The position numbers were made by a program, and so were the translations under genes. The notes under the pieces were generated by a model. The model did not search any database and was not told where the DNA came from. It worked only from the letters and a program-made list of their open reading frames with translations. A DNA stretch of 63,606 nt, the filler included, from Welwitschia mirabilis (Eukaryota), in NCBI GenBank assembly GCA_051453625.1. It is 6 parts of one record of this genome, joined end to end, with 100 filler letters (N's around TTAATTAATTAA, not from the genome) between each part and the next. Parts side by side here need not be neighbours in the genome. Positions count along the whole stretch, not along the records: positions 20,443 to 36,663 come from JBOZIK010000001.1; 5 more parts are not named here. One strand, written 5' to 3'. Positions 23,750 to 34,659 of the stretch are shown one piece after another. Within the stretch, counting starts at the first letter, position 1. The number at the start of each line of letters is the position of its first letter.

Positions 23750-24979
23750 TCATACATCTGTTGAATGGTAGGTGATTTTCCTACCCAAAGGGATACTTTC
23801 GAAGCCTGGCGGAGGTCCAAGGGGACGCCGAATGAAGCCTGGCGGAGGTCGAATGGGACGCTGACTGAATCCCGGCGGTGGCCCAAGCCGACATTGCCTG
23901 AAACCTGGCGGATTTTCGAGACGCAGTTCGTTGATGCTTTGACAATGTCGCAGAAGATAAAGTGCGCTGAGGCATGCTTGCCACAAATAACAAGGCTCAA
24001 CCTGCGGGTCCAGCTTGAAAGCAGAATTGAAGTAAAGAAGTTGAAACTCTTGCGCAGAAGGAAAATTGAAGTAATAAGGAGGAGAGTGAAGCTTGTGCTG
24101 GGGCGTTAGCGTAGAAGGAAAATTGAAATAAGGAGACTCAAGCGCTTGCTGCGCAGTTATTCTAGTCTGTGGATTTAGGTCGAGCATTCTCTCCAGCAAA
24201 TCGACTGCCGATGGTTCTGCAATGTCTGAGAACTTGCAGCGCAGCTCACTTAGCCCATTCGGAAGCGCCCTACATGTGCTTCTTATCGAATCCAGCGTTT
24301 CGAGGTCGGACTCGCAAGGAAAGAGCGGAGAGCCCTGCAGCAGCTCTGCAAACACGCAGCCGACTGCCCAAATATCGATTTCTGGGCCGTATGTGACGGC
24401 GCTTCCGTCCAAAAGCTCTGGGCAGCTATACCAGAAAGGGACCAGTCCTTGTGTCATTTTCTCGTTTGCTAATGGATTCCAGTCCCTGGAGAGCCCAAAA
24501 TCAGCGAGCTTAACGTGGTTTTCATGAGAGATGAGAATGTTATGCGGCTTGATGTCGCGGTGAAGAACGTTGTGACAGTGGCAGTGTTGAACGGCTTGCA
24601 GAAGCTGCTTCATTATCATTTTAATCTCTTCCGCAGAAAATCTTCTTCCTATCTTTTTGGAGGCCTTCAGAAGATCGTTTTCCACATACTCAAAAACCAT
24701 GAAGACCTCGAAAGTATTGGCAACTACCACTTCTTTGAGAAGAACAATGTTGGGATGCGGCTGCAGCTTCCGTAGCAGAGATATCTCCCTTTTAAGCATG
24801 GACGTCTCATATCTGTCTGTGGCGCGAGTTAACGGAGTTCGAAGCTTCTTGACGGCAACGATTTGGCCTGAGGATCTGTGAAGGGCTTTGAATACTTCTC
24901 CGTAGACACCCCCACCCAGCTTCTCCAATTTGATGTACGCATCCATTTTTCCAGGGCAGATTTTTCGCAACCCTATCAT
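23750..24979 (-). CDS. Intronless divergent cyclin-dependent kinase-like (CMGC) protein with PPGF-repeat tail, 409 aa (possible start at second Met, 24946)
   Basis: Uninterrupted ORF with all kinase subdomains: GGGVYG, VAVKK, REISLL, HPNIV, VFEYV, HRDIKPHN, LADFGLSR, WYSCPELL, DIWAVGCVFAEL, PLFP, RITAQQAL. MDAYIKLEKLG resembles CDKA MDQYEKVEKIG. Confidence 0.92.
   Translation of the reverse strand: MIGLRKICPGKMDAYIKLEKLGGGVYGEVFKALHRSSGQIVAVKKLRTPLTRATDRYETSMLKREISLLRKLQPHPNIVLLKEVVVANTFEVFMVFEYVENDLLKASKKIGRRFSAEEIKMIMKQLLQAVQHCHCHNVLHRDIKPHNILISHENHVKLADFGLSRDWNPLANEKMTQGLVPFWYSCPELLDGSAVTYGPEIDIWAVGCVFAELLQGSPLFPCESDLETLDSIRSTCRALPNGLSELRCKFSDIAEPSAVDLLERMLDLNPQTRITAQQALESPYFNFPSTLTPQHKLHSPPYYFNFPSAQEFQLLYFNSAFKLDPQVEPCYLWQACLSALYLLRHCQSINELRLENPPGFRQCRLGPPPGFSQRPIRPPPGFIRRPLGPPPGFESIPLGRKITYHSTDV
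23784..23914 (-). repeat. Four in-frame 33-bp repeats encoding (P)PPGF 11-mers
   Basis: Units start GAAGCCTGGCGG (23801), GAAGCCTGGCGG (23834), GAATCCCGGCGG (23867) and GAAACCTGGCGG (23900). Protein: NPPGFRQCRL GPPPGFSQRPI RPPPGFIRRPL GPPPGFESIPL. Confidence 0.9.
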
Positions 24980-25031
24980 TATAAAGGAAGATAATATGGA
25001 ATATCTAAAATTAGCAATGGAATCTTCATCA

Positions 25032-25090
25032 AAATAGCATATACAGCTGTCCTATCTTTATAATTAGCATGTACAGCTGTCCTGTCTTTT
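25032..25090 (-). promoter_or_regulatory. Candidate core promoter of the kinase: TATAAA inside a 30-bp tandem duplication with two CAGCTG boxes
   Basis: TAGCAT(A/G)TACAGCTGTCCT(A/G)TCTTT occurs twice. TATAAA on the minus strand at 25057-25062, about 80 nt upstream of the ATG. Confidence 0.35.
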
Positions 25091-25149
25091 AGCTTCTTTT
25101 AGGAATCTATTCTTGTTGCTTTCTAACATTGCAAACCTCTTGGTATATT

Positions 25150-26858
25150 CAATTTCTTCTCCTTGAAATTCATGATTTCTCTGGTCTTCTTGATGCAAGC
25201 ATAGCCCCTTCAACATGAATGTTGTCTCATTTCTCCTCTACTCTTGCCTATCCCAAGTTTACAACCAATAAACTTGTCTTCAGTGATCAAGGCAATCATT
25301 TTTTTCCCTGTATCCAAACTATGTTTATTCCTCATAAAACATCTAATGAAGGCTATTTTAGAAAAATTGCTTTCTCCTTTTTTAGAAATGCATAGCCTTC
25401 ACCTTTGTAACTAACTCTACTTGCTCAAGGCCTCGATCAATTAATAGGTCACTCTATCATCCACACCAAATCTCTGTCCAATGCACCCACTTTTGCAAAT
25501 CACCCATCTCTAATTTCAATCTTATTGATTCAATCTTAGATGGCCTTGGACATGAATCCATGGAGTTCATTATTTCAATCCATGTTTACTGGGCTATCAC
25601 TTTTTATAAGGTCTAAGAGATTCTCCTTCAAGAAGACGCTTTTCTCAAGAAATGTCCACTACTTTTGCATGTGCTACTGCTTTCACTACTAACTAAGCTT
25701 CCAATGCTAATTCTTCCAAAAATAATCAATAACCAGCAATTTCTTCTTCACAAACACTACCCAATTAGTCAACATTTAGGGCATGTGGTCAAGGTTATGG
25801 TGAAGGTAGGGAAGAGGTGTCAGTAGCTATTCATTTCAACTTAACCTAACCTATCATTTTCATCTTCTTCCAAGTCCAGCATCCATGAATTCAACTGTCA
25901 TCTATCATATCTACATTCAACTATGTGATGTAGCTTGTCTATGCTTTCATCATGGTAATTATGCTTATATGACTAAATCTCTCACTAATGTTGTCAGTAG
26001 AACTCATCTTTCTAATCTTGAGTGGTGTCCTAACTATGGGGCTACACATCACATGATTACTTTTACATCTAATTTCTTGGATGAAGGCATTTCCCTCATC
26101 ATTACAACCACTTTTTACAATTGATCTCTTGCATGCTGGCATTAGTACTTTACCTTACTGATTTGGTTATTTCCATCTCGAAGATGTGTTATGTATGCCT
26201 TAACTTAACAAGATATTTATAATCTATTCCTCAAGTTTGTTTTTTCTTAAGATGAATCCTAATGATTTCAAGTTAAGGAAAATAAGATGGGACTAGATGA
26301 GACTAGTTAAAATGGTTTCTACACTCTTCAATTCACTCTTAAAATTTCATCTCATTTTCTCTTATTTGGAAGAAAGATAGATCAAGATATTGGATATGCT
26401 TAACTTTCTTATCCCTCCTGTGCTACATTCAAGGTCTTGGTGAAAAAAATTTAACCTTCCTACTTATGGTAGTATCAATTTGAATAAAATGTATCATGGT
26501 TTTCCTCTAGAAAAGACTTGTAGACTTTAGTTTACTAACCATATGTTTAATGCAGAATTCACATCTTATGTATAGGGATCTACACTTATTACTATAAACT
26601 CTAAGTTTTAGTTTTATTTGTTTATTATTAGTGATTACAGTTAATATCTTTAGCTTTATCTACTTATTCATATATTACATGTTTATCATATTTTTCTGTA
26701 CATCAAAAAGATCATTGAAAATATGCTATCTAGAAATACAACCTATATTCAAATTGATGGGGTGAATAGTTCATTTTCTATATTTTTAGTAATTTTCTAT
26801 AAAATGATGGCATCACTCATGATTATCTATTATACATAAATACTTAAGTAAGATGGTG
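25150..26858 (+). mobile_element. Decayed Copia gag-protease-integrase, interrupted by family D insertion
   Basis: EWCPNYGATHHM (WYPDSGATHHM protease) at about 26020-26056. Integrase-like segments resembling HSDVWG, IDDYS, IQTDGG and QNGV up to about 26858. Confidence 0.65.
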
Positions 26859-26859
26859 T

Positions 26860-29800
26860 TTTTTTAACATGTAAAAAATAATATTCTAAGTAAGTATAGT
26901 TGATCAATTTAGCATAGGGAGAGATATTAAATTAATTGTTTTATCATAAAATGATGTTTTCTACCATTTTNNNNNNNNNNNNNNNNNNNNNNNNNNNNNN
27001 NNNNNNNNNNNNNNNNNNNNNNNNNNNNNNNNNNNNNNNNNNNNNNNNNNNNNNNNNNNNNNNNNNNNNNTATTATTTTTCATGAAATTATGAATATTTT
27101 CCTAACATAAGCAAGTTTGTTACTACATTATGAATATCACTACAAAACTTTATGAGAGTCCAGCAAACAATGCTAGTACTACTAGGTAGGACTACTTCCA
27201 TCACTAGTTAGGACTACAAGTGTCATCGTCCTTCTGAGTCAAAACATGAACAAACTCACATTCCTATATCTTTTGGGGGAATTAATAAAATTTCACTTTT
27301 GGAATAAGTTAAAAATAATCTAGAATAAATCTTTAAACCTAATGACACTTGGTGAAAGCATAAGATGACATGTCACAGTGACATGTGGTAGCAATTAGGA
27401 TGAATACATGGAAGACATATGATGTGGCATTTGTTGGTTATGTCATTAGCAGTTAGGAAACATGTCATCACTAGGTTTACATAAGAAGACAAAGAATCTT
27501 TGCTTATGGCTACATGCCACATGTTTATAACTTGCTCCTTAAGTAATTATCCTTAAGTAGCCCCTCTTATGTAACCACCCATCTAATGTATCATGATAAC
27601 ACCTAATGTAATCATAACAAATCTGTCTAAGCCTTCCCTCCTTTATAAAAGGGTCCTAAATGCGTATTGCAAATATCTTTTAGTTGACTTAATATAGGAA
27701 ATACTTCAAGGGTAGGATGACATGGTGCTCTAATAATTTTTTTCAGGGGCAGAATAATTTAAGGCTAGTTGAGGAGTCTCTCTTCTTCACCTTTTTCCAT
27801 TTAATGTAATGTATATTTATTTCAGATCATAATATAAGAATTGGTTTAAATCATTTTATTATTACTACACAATTCATTTAACATTAGCAATATTTAGATA
27901 GAAGTAGTTCTTAAGTAGGTTTCTTCCTTTTATTATTATTACACAATTTGTTTGACATTAGGAATCTTTAAGTAAGTTCACTTAATTATTAAGTTCTTTC
28001 ATATTGAGGATGTTATTAGAAGTTACTTCTTGCCTATTATAGTTTCTATCTTTTAATAGATCTTATGCACATTTGTTCATACTTTTTATGCTTATGAAGG
28101 GCTATAAAGAATTAGTTACACTAGATAACTTACCAACACTCATGTGATGGATAACTTATACGTCCACATCGAGTCTTAATGACTTGATGATTTAGTTTGC
28201 ATTTTAGGATACATGAATCATTGAAATAAAGGTGAAGTGTTGGGCAAATTAATTAGCTCTTTAAAGCGCTTTCGTTCCCTTATATCACCAATTTAAAATC
28301 ACTTTCTTCTTAATTTCCAGATTTCTTTTGTTTTGAATTTTATTTTAAGTTAGAATAATTATCTATCTTTTCTAAAGTTCCCACATATATTCCAATAAAC
28401 GAATGATAAATTAGTTTAAATCTAGTTCACTTTTATAAATGAATAGATTTTGATGCTACTATTGAGAATATATGGGCTAGTTTTTCAAAGTGTATGATTT
28501 TTCTTCTTGTAAAGTTTTTACTTAGTTTTTATTTTTCTAGTGATGGGTATTGGTCCTCATCTAATGATATCTAAACTAATCCTTTTCTCTTTTATTTTTT
28601 TGTGTTTTTCCCCTTCTGGTGATGGGTATTAGTCCTTTCCTATAAAACCCAAATTGACCCATTTTTATTTGAGTTTAGTTTTATAATCTAACTATTTCTA
28701 TATCTGATAATTTCATATTGCATGTCCAGCAACATTCTTATAGGTTGTAACTAAAATTGAGATTAAAAGATGAGAAAAACTAAATTCAACTCTAATCATT
28801 TTTCATGTGTATTTTGTGTTTCTATGATTTTTGTGAGACTCTATAAATTTTATAGCTCTGTAAAGTTTTATTTTTGTTAAAAGTTTAAAAAAATGTTTAG
28901 GTTTATTTTCCTAGGTTGCATTTTTATGAGTTGCACTCAATTTAGGATTTTTTAAAATTTTTTTCAGACCCCATAACCAAAACCATTTCATTTAGACTAA
29001 ACAAAAACTTTGTATTTTTTTCTAATCACTTATGTTTAAAACACTAGCATTATTGTGATTAGTGATGTCAGCCTTCCTACTCATAATAGCCTAAAACTTT
29101 GATGGTAACCTCTTAGAAACTCTTTAAAAATTTTTCAATTATAGGATTCATCTAAAACTATTAAAAATTAGGAAAATATGAATCTTTAGCTAAACTATAA
29201 ATCATTTGACCTAACCCTTTAGAAATGCCTTTCGCACCAAAACCTATCTACTCCTATAGTTTTCATAATTGTGAAAATCCAAACAAATTATAAGGAACTT
29301 TATAAGATCTAAACAAACTTTAAAGGGTTATCTTCAATGTGACTCATACCAACTTAGAGTATGCTTAACCCTATCCATACATGAATCAATCCTTTTACAA
29401 TTTTAAAAATTCTTACATTGAGCAAAAAGAATTTGATCGTATACTCTCCATTTTATCTTAGAATTCATATCCTTTACCCTCATTTATATATTTACCATTA
29501 TTTAGCACTTATCCTCCATTTTTCTTCCAATGTCCTTTATAATTTGATCACTACTCGTCATCTTCATACACTCAACAATCCATTCATCTTCCTTCAAAGA
29601 TACTTTTCAGAGATTTTTAATAGATGTAATTAAATCTTCTTCCAACTTATCATTATTTCATTCATAATCCCTATAAGAAACCACTAATTAAACTAACAAA
29701 AACATTGAACATGTCCTTTAATAAATAGTTAAAAGTAATGATGAAATCCTTAGTGCTCTTAAATAATGATAGTTAGAAAAAAACCTTCATAAATTCTATG

Positions 29801-29995
29801 AAAGAACAAGCCTTAAATACTTTGAAGGAATTAATGAGACTAGAATTAATGACATCCAAATAAAATCCCTTATAAATGANNNNNNNNNNAAACCCTTGAA
29901 ATAACCCATAACAAAACCTATGAAAGAGAACCTTGAATTCCAAAATGCCTTAGAGTATAATTAATTAGGTGCATATAGTTTACACTTTAGAGTAC
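26860..29995 (+). mobile_element. Family D copy 2 (5' LTR ~26860-28220 plus part of body)
   Basis: Reverse-complement homology to 6850-9905. Starts ...TAACATGTAAAAAATAATATTCTAAG, like the D LTR terminus. Confidence 0.6.
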
Positions 29996-29996
29996 A

Positions 29997-32900
29997 TGAT
30001 CATAGGTTTATAGTAATCCATATTTAAACTAAGTGAAACACTTGGTATCATTCTTCCACAGGATATATGTGGTAAATTTAATCAAAAGATACATGATTAA
30101 TTCTACCTGCAATAAAACTCAAAAAACTAAAAAAGAAAAGTTGGGAGAAAATTTAATCTTTAATTGGTAATGTAAAAATATAAAATGCTTTAAGGATCTA
30201 GCTATTCATCCAACTATCCACCTCTTCTGTAATGATTCTTATATCCTAAAACATGCACTAAATTATGAAGTCATTAAGGCTCAGTGTGGAGGATAATCTC
30301 ATCCATCACATGAAAGTTAGTGAGTTATCTAGTCATCCTGATACTTCATAACCATTTAGAAGTGTAGAAATTATAAATTGCAGTGTACAAGATCTATCAA
30401 ATAATAAGAACTATAAATCACAAAAGTAACCTCAAATAACTCACACAATTTGAAAGAACTTGATAATTAAATAAGATCATCTAAAAATTACTCATATCAT
30501 TTCTAATCATTAATAATAAAATAATGAACACTTTTTAAGAATGTCCTACCTAAATATTTCTAATGATAAGTAAATTCCATAATATTAATGAAATGGTATA
30601 AACTAATTATTTTATTAAAATTGAAAGGAATATACATTACATCATAAGAGAAGGATGAAGGAAAAAGACTTTTTAATTAGACTTGGATCATTCTACCCAT
30701 AAGAAAGGTCTTAGAGTATCATGACATTCAAGCCTCCAAGTATTTCCCACATTAAGCTAACTAAAGATGTTCACAGTAAGTACTTAAGGTCCTTTTATAG
30801 ATGAGAAAATTCTAAAGGGATTTCATCATTATTACATTAGATGAGATTAATGGAGAGTTACATAACATGTGCTATAATGGGTGGTTACTTAAAGAAGAAG
30901 TTATAAACATTTGACATTTAGCCATAAAGAGGATTCCTGTATCTTCAAGTGTAAACACAATAATGACATGTATTTTGATCATTAATGCTACTGATAATGG
31001 ATTCCATGTCATGTATCTTCATCTTGATCATGCTTATTAAATCACATATCACTCTGATGTGTTGATTTGTACTTCTGATAAATGTCATCAGAATTAAGAT
31101 TAAATCTAATTTATTATTTAATTAAACCCATAATTACAAAGTGACTAATTCCATGAAACAATTGCAAGAACATGAGTTTTAGGGCAGTTTACTTAAGAAG
31201 GTTGATTTCACTAGTAGACTTTGTCGATAGTGCTAGTGTTTTATGCTAGAATATGATTAGTTAGGGCATAGGCTTTCCAAAGGCTACAATGTACTTTCTC
31301 ATGTTAAGAAAAGTTGAAAATTATATTTCAAAGTAACAAAAAGGATTGAAAACATTAATATGTGATAAAACAATTAATTTAATATTTTTGTTATGCTAAA
31401 TTAATTAATTTAGTTACTTAGAATGTTAATTTTGACATGCTAACACACCTCCTAACTAGTTTTTTATTAGTCTCTTAGCAAAAATTTAAGAAATGATGTT
31501 ATGGAAAAATTGATAAGTGAAAAATGACAAGTAAAGAAATGATATAATTTTTTTTAGAAATTTTTAATCAATGTTTTAATAATTAGACATCAAAATTGGA
31601 AAATTTTTAATAAAAGCAAATGCCATCACCTCCTAACGAGTCTTTCACTAGTTCCTTAGCCAAAATTAAAGAAATGGTGTCATAGTAAAATTAACTAATT
31701 AAAAAATGATAAGTAAAGAAATGATATGACATTTTAAAAATTTTTAATCAATTTTTAAAAATTAGGTATCAAAATAAAAAAATTTATAAAAGTAAGTTCC
31801 ATACCTCCTAATCAAAGTTAAACTTTATCCTCAAAGTTATAAATATAGGAAATTTTATAAGTCTTTTGAGAATAAGTTAATAACATGGCTAGTGAATGAT
31901 TTGATGTATGTACTTAGGCAAAATAATGCAATGCAAGGCTTAGATTAAGATGTAATTTTTATGAAATGCAAAACATTAAAACTAATAGAAAATTCCATTA
32001 TTCATTAATTCAAAATATAAAATACCTAGGTTAATGCCACATTTATTGAAAAGTTCATAAATTTTATTTTAAATTTAAAATGTATCACATTTATTACATA
32101 AACAACATATCCTCTAAGTATTCACAAAAACCATCTTCTAATTCCACCTTTCATATGAATTTACCTTTTCTTCAATCACACCTTATTTTTTGTTTCAAGA
32201 ATTTTGATGTAATTGGATATTTAGTGTTGTGAAATATCCTTTTGAAAGTGTTAAGCATGTTAATAAATGAAGGAGTTAGTGCTACATTGCAAGTGAGCAT
32301 TTATAGCCCCAATGTAGTTGAACATGTCATAAATTATCTTGTTAGAGCTACATTACTTACAAACATTCATAGTCTTAATGTAGTTAACTAAATCTACTTT
32401 TAATTAATTGTAAAATAATGTGCTTTTAGAAGAGGACATATTTTATTTTCTTTTTAATCATCATTCTCATATTCAATGCATTTTGATGCACATAAATGAG
32501 TTATTGACTCATTAGCCTAATCAAAAATATTCTTATTCTCATAAAATTCTTGTAAAACAACTAACTTGACATGAAAGTAGATTCCAACTTAATTCAATCA
32601 TATTTTCCAATTAGGGGACCTTAATTAAAACTAAACGTGGATAAGTTAACTTGAAAATAAATAAAACCTTTTATTGAAAAAATATAAGTAAACATAAATT
32701 CTACCTAGATCAAAATGATAAAGAAATCACTTATTAGTAGTTTCTTCCAATTAAGGATCATTAACTATGATAATCTACTATAAAGTATTCATAAATGAAT
32801 GGAAAGAAAGGATGGTTAGTGGAGTTTATTAGGTGAAATGGAAATGAAAGGGATAGGAAATGGGATTTAAGGCAATGATGATTTATTTAGTGAAGTAGGT

Positions 32901-34659
32901 GATATTGGGGTTTTCTACTTAAAAATGTTTAAAATAGTGATTATATAGGTGGAAGTGTTTAGGTTGTTTTAGGCATAAAAGGGCATCAAGCATAAACTTA
33001 TTTAAAGATCAAAATCTATTCTAAAAGAAAAAATTATTCCAAAAAATTATAAATTAAAATCACACAATGAAGCAAAACATTTTTCAAGACATTTCTCAAT
33101 GCATTGCAAATGTGAAGGCTCAAAATACTAAATGCAATGTTTGAATGACAAGTCAAAATTGCATAACACATTCAACAAGGAGATTGAATCTGTATAAATA
33201 TTTAAACATAAATTCATAAAATTTTCAAGAACATTTATGCTAGTAGTAAAATTAATTCATTTAAAATTAGAAATATTCTAGTCCTTAGCCTGTCTCTATT
33301 TACTCAATAACTTTCATAGGATATTATATTCATGTGAATATAGAGATGTGTTGGAAACCATAGAAGAAGGTGATTGATCATTAAGAAGGATATCAAAAGA
33401 TGGCTTCAAAGGCATAGAATTGCTTTCTTCATTATTAAGGTTTAAGTATTACTCAAAAGATAAGAATGAAAATCTTATAATGAATTCAAGATGTTATTAG
33501 CAAGTTATTGCACAAAGAGTGGATCATTAAAAGGATCCTAGTTAATATTCTTCTCTTCGTTAAGATTCATAAAGGATTCTTCTTCAAGAAATTGTGCAAA
33601 AAACATTAATTGAAGTTCAAAGAAGTCAATGTCTTGTATTTTATTTATTTCACCTATGAATTCATCCTTTGTTGTATAACATTCAAGTTTTCCTTCTTTC
33701 TCAAATGTTTTCTTACTAACTATAGAATGATCATCATTATTTAATGTATCTAATTTTACTCTAAAGTACAATCTAGATGCACCTAATCAATCACTATTTA
33801 AGGTATGTCTAAACTTGGAATCTTCTTAAATATGATTATTGATTTCATTATGGGCTTCTTCCTCATTCCTAAGGGATAACGTTTGGATTTTATTAATCTC
33901 AATCCTTTCAAGATTTCTAGGATTAGGTTTAAAGGATATATAAAGTTATTCCTCTTCTTATTAATTAAGTGTATTAAACATTTGAGTAGTGACTTAATTT
34001 AACTATTGAATATTCTACTTAAGCCTTTGGTTTATTTGCATTTAGGATTTTATAAATCTTGTAAGTATGTCTTCTAAGTCATTTGAAAAGGCTTTTTGAG
34101 GTTCTAGGAGATGAATGATAGTTGATAAATGATGAAAAATATAAAAGAGAAGATGGAGGATATTTAAGGAAAGATGAAGGATAAGAATTAAAGGATGAAG
34201 TGATTTATTAGTTGTATGAAATTAACACATGATGCAAAGATGAAGGAGATGAGAAGTAAGATGAATACTATGGGTCAAAGAATAATGATAATAAAGGATA
34301 AAAATTAAAGGATGATGAATGTGAGGTTAACCTATATGGATTATAAGGAGTAAATAAAGGCATGGGATTAAAATCCTATGGGTTGATATAAGAATTTTTA
34401 AATTGAAATTGTAAGAAGATTGATCATGATATGGATGGAATTGAAGATGCTTTTCAAAGGTCTATCTAAGTTAGATAATGTTTCTTATAGTTCATTTGGA
34501 TTGGTTATGATTCTAGAAGGTATAGAAGTAGACAACTAATTGATTAGAAGGTGTTTAAAATGGATTCAAAGCCCAAATCATGGTTTAATCTTAAGAAAAT
34601 AGTTAATAGTTTCAGCTAAAGATTCATGTTTGTTATATTTTTTATAGCTTTAGAGGAAG
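29997..34659 (-). mobile_element. Family D copy 3 (3' LTR ~29997-31445 plus body), nested in copy 2
   Basis: 30040-31445 is collinear with 8480-9905, and 31446-34659 with 4541-7745. PPT-like GTTAGGAGGTG lies next to the LTR start TGTTAGCATG. Confidence 0.65.

Noticed and set aside
23765-24881. Plus-strand and alternate-frame ORFs over the kinase
   Set aside because: Shadow ORFs of a GC-rich CDS with no independent features.
26911-26926. AGGGAGAGAT as PPT of the upstream Copia
   Set aside because: Lies inside sequence homologous to the family D LTR, so it is not a Copia PPT.
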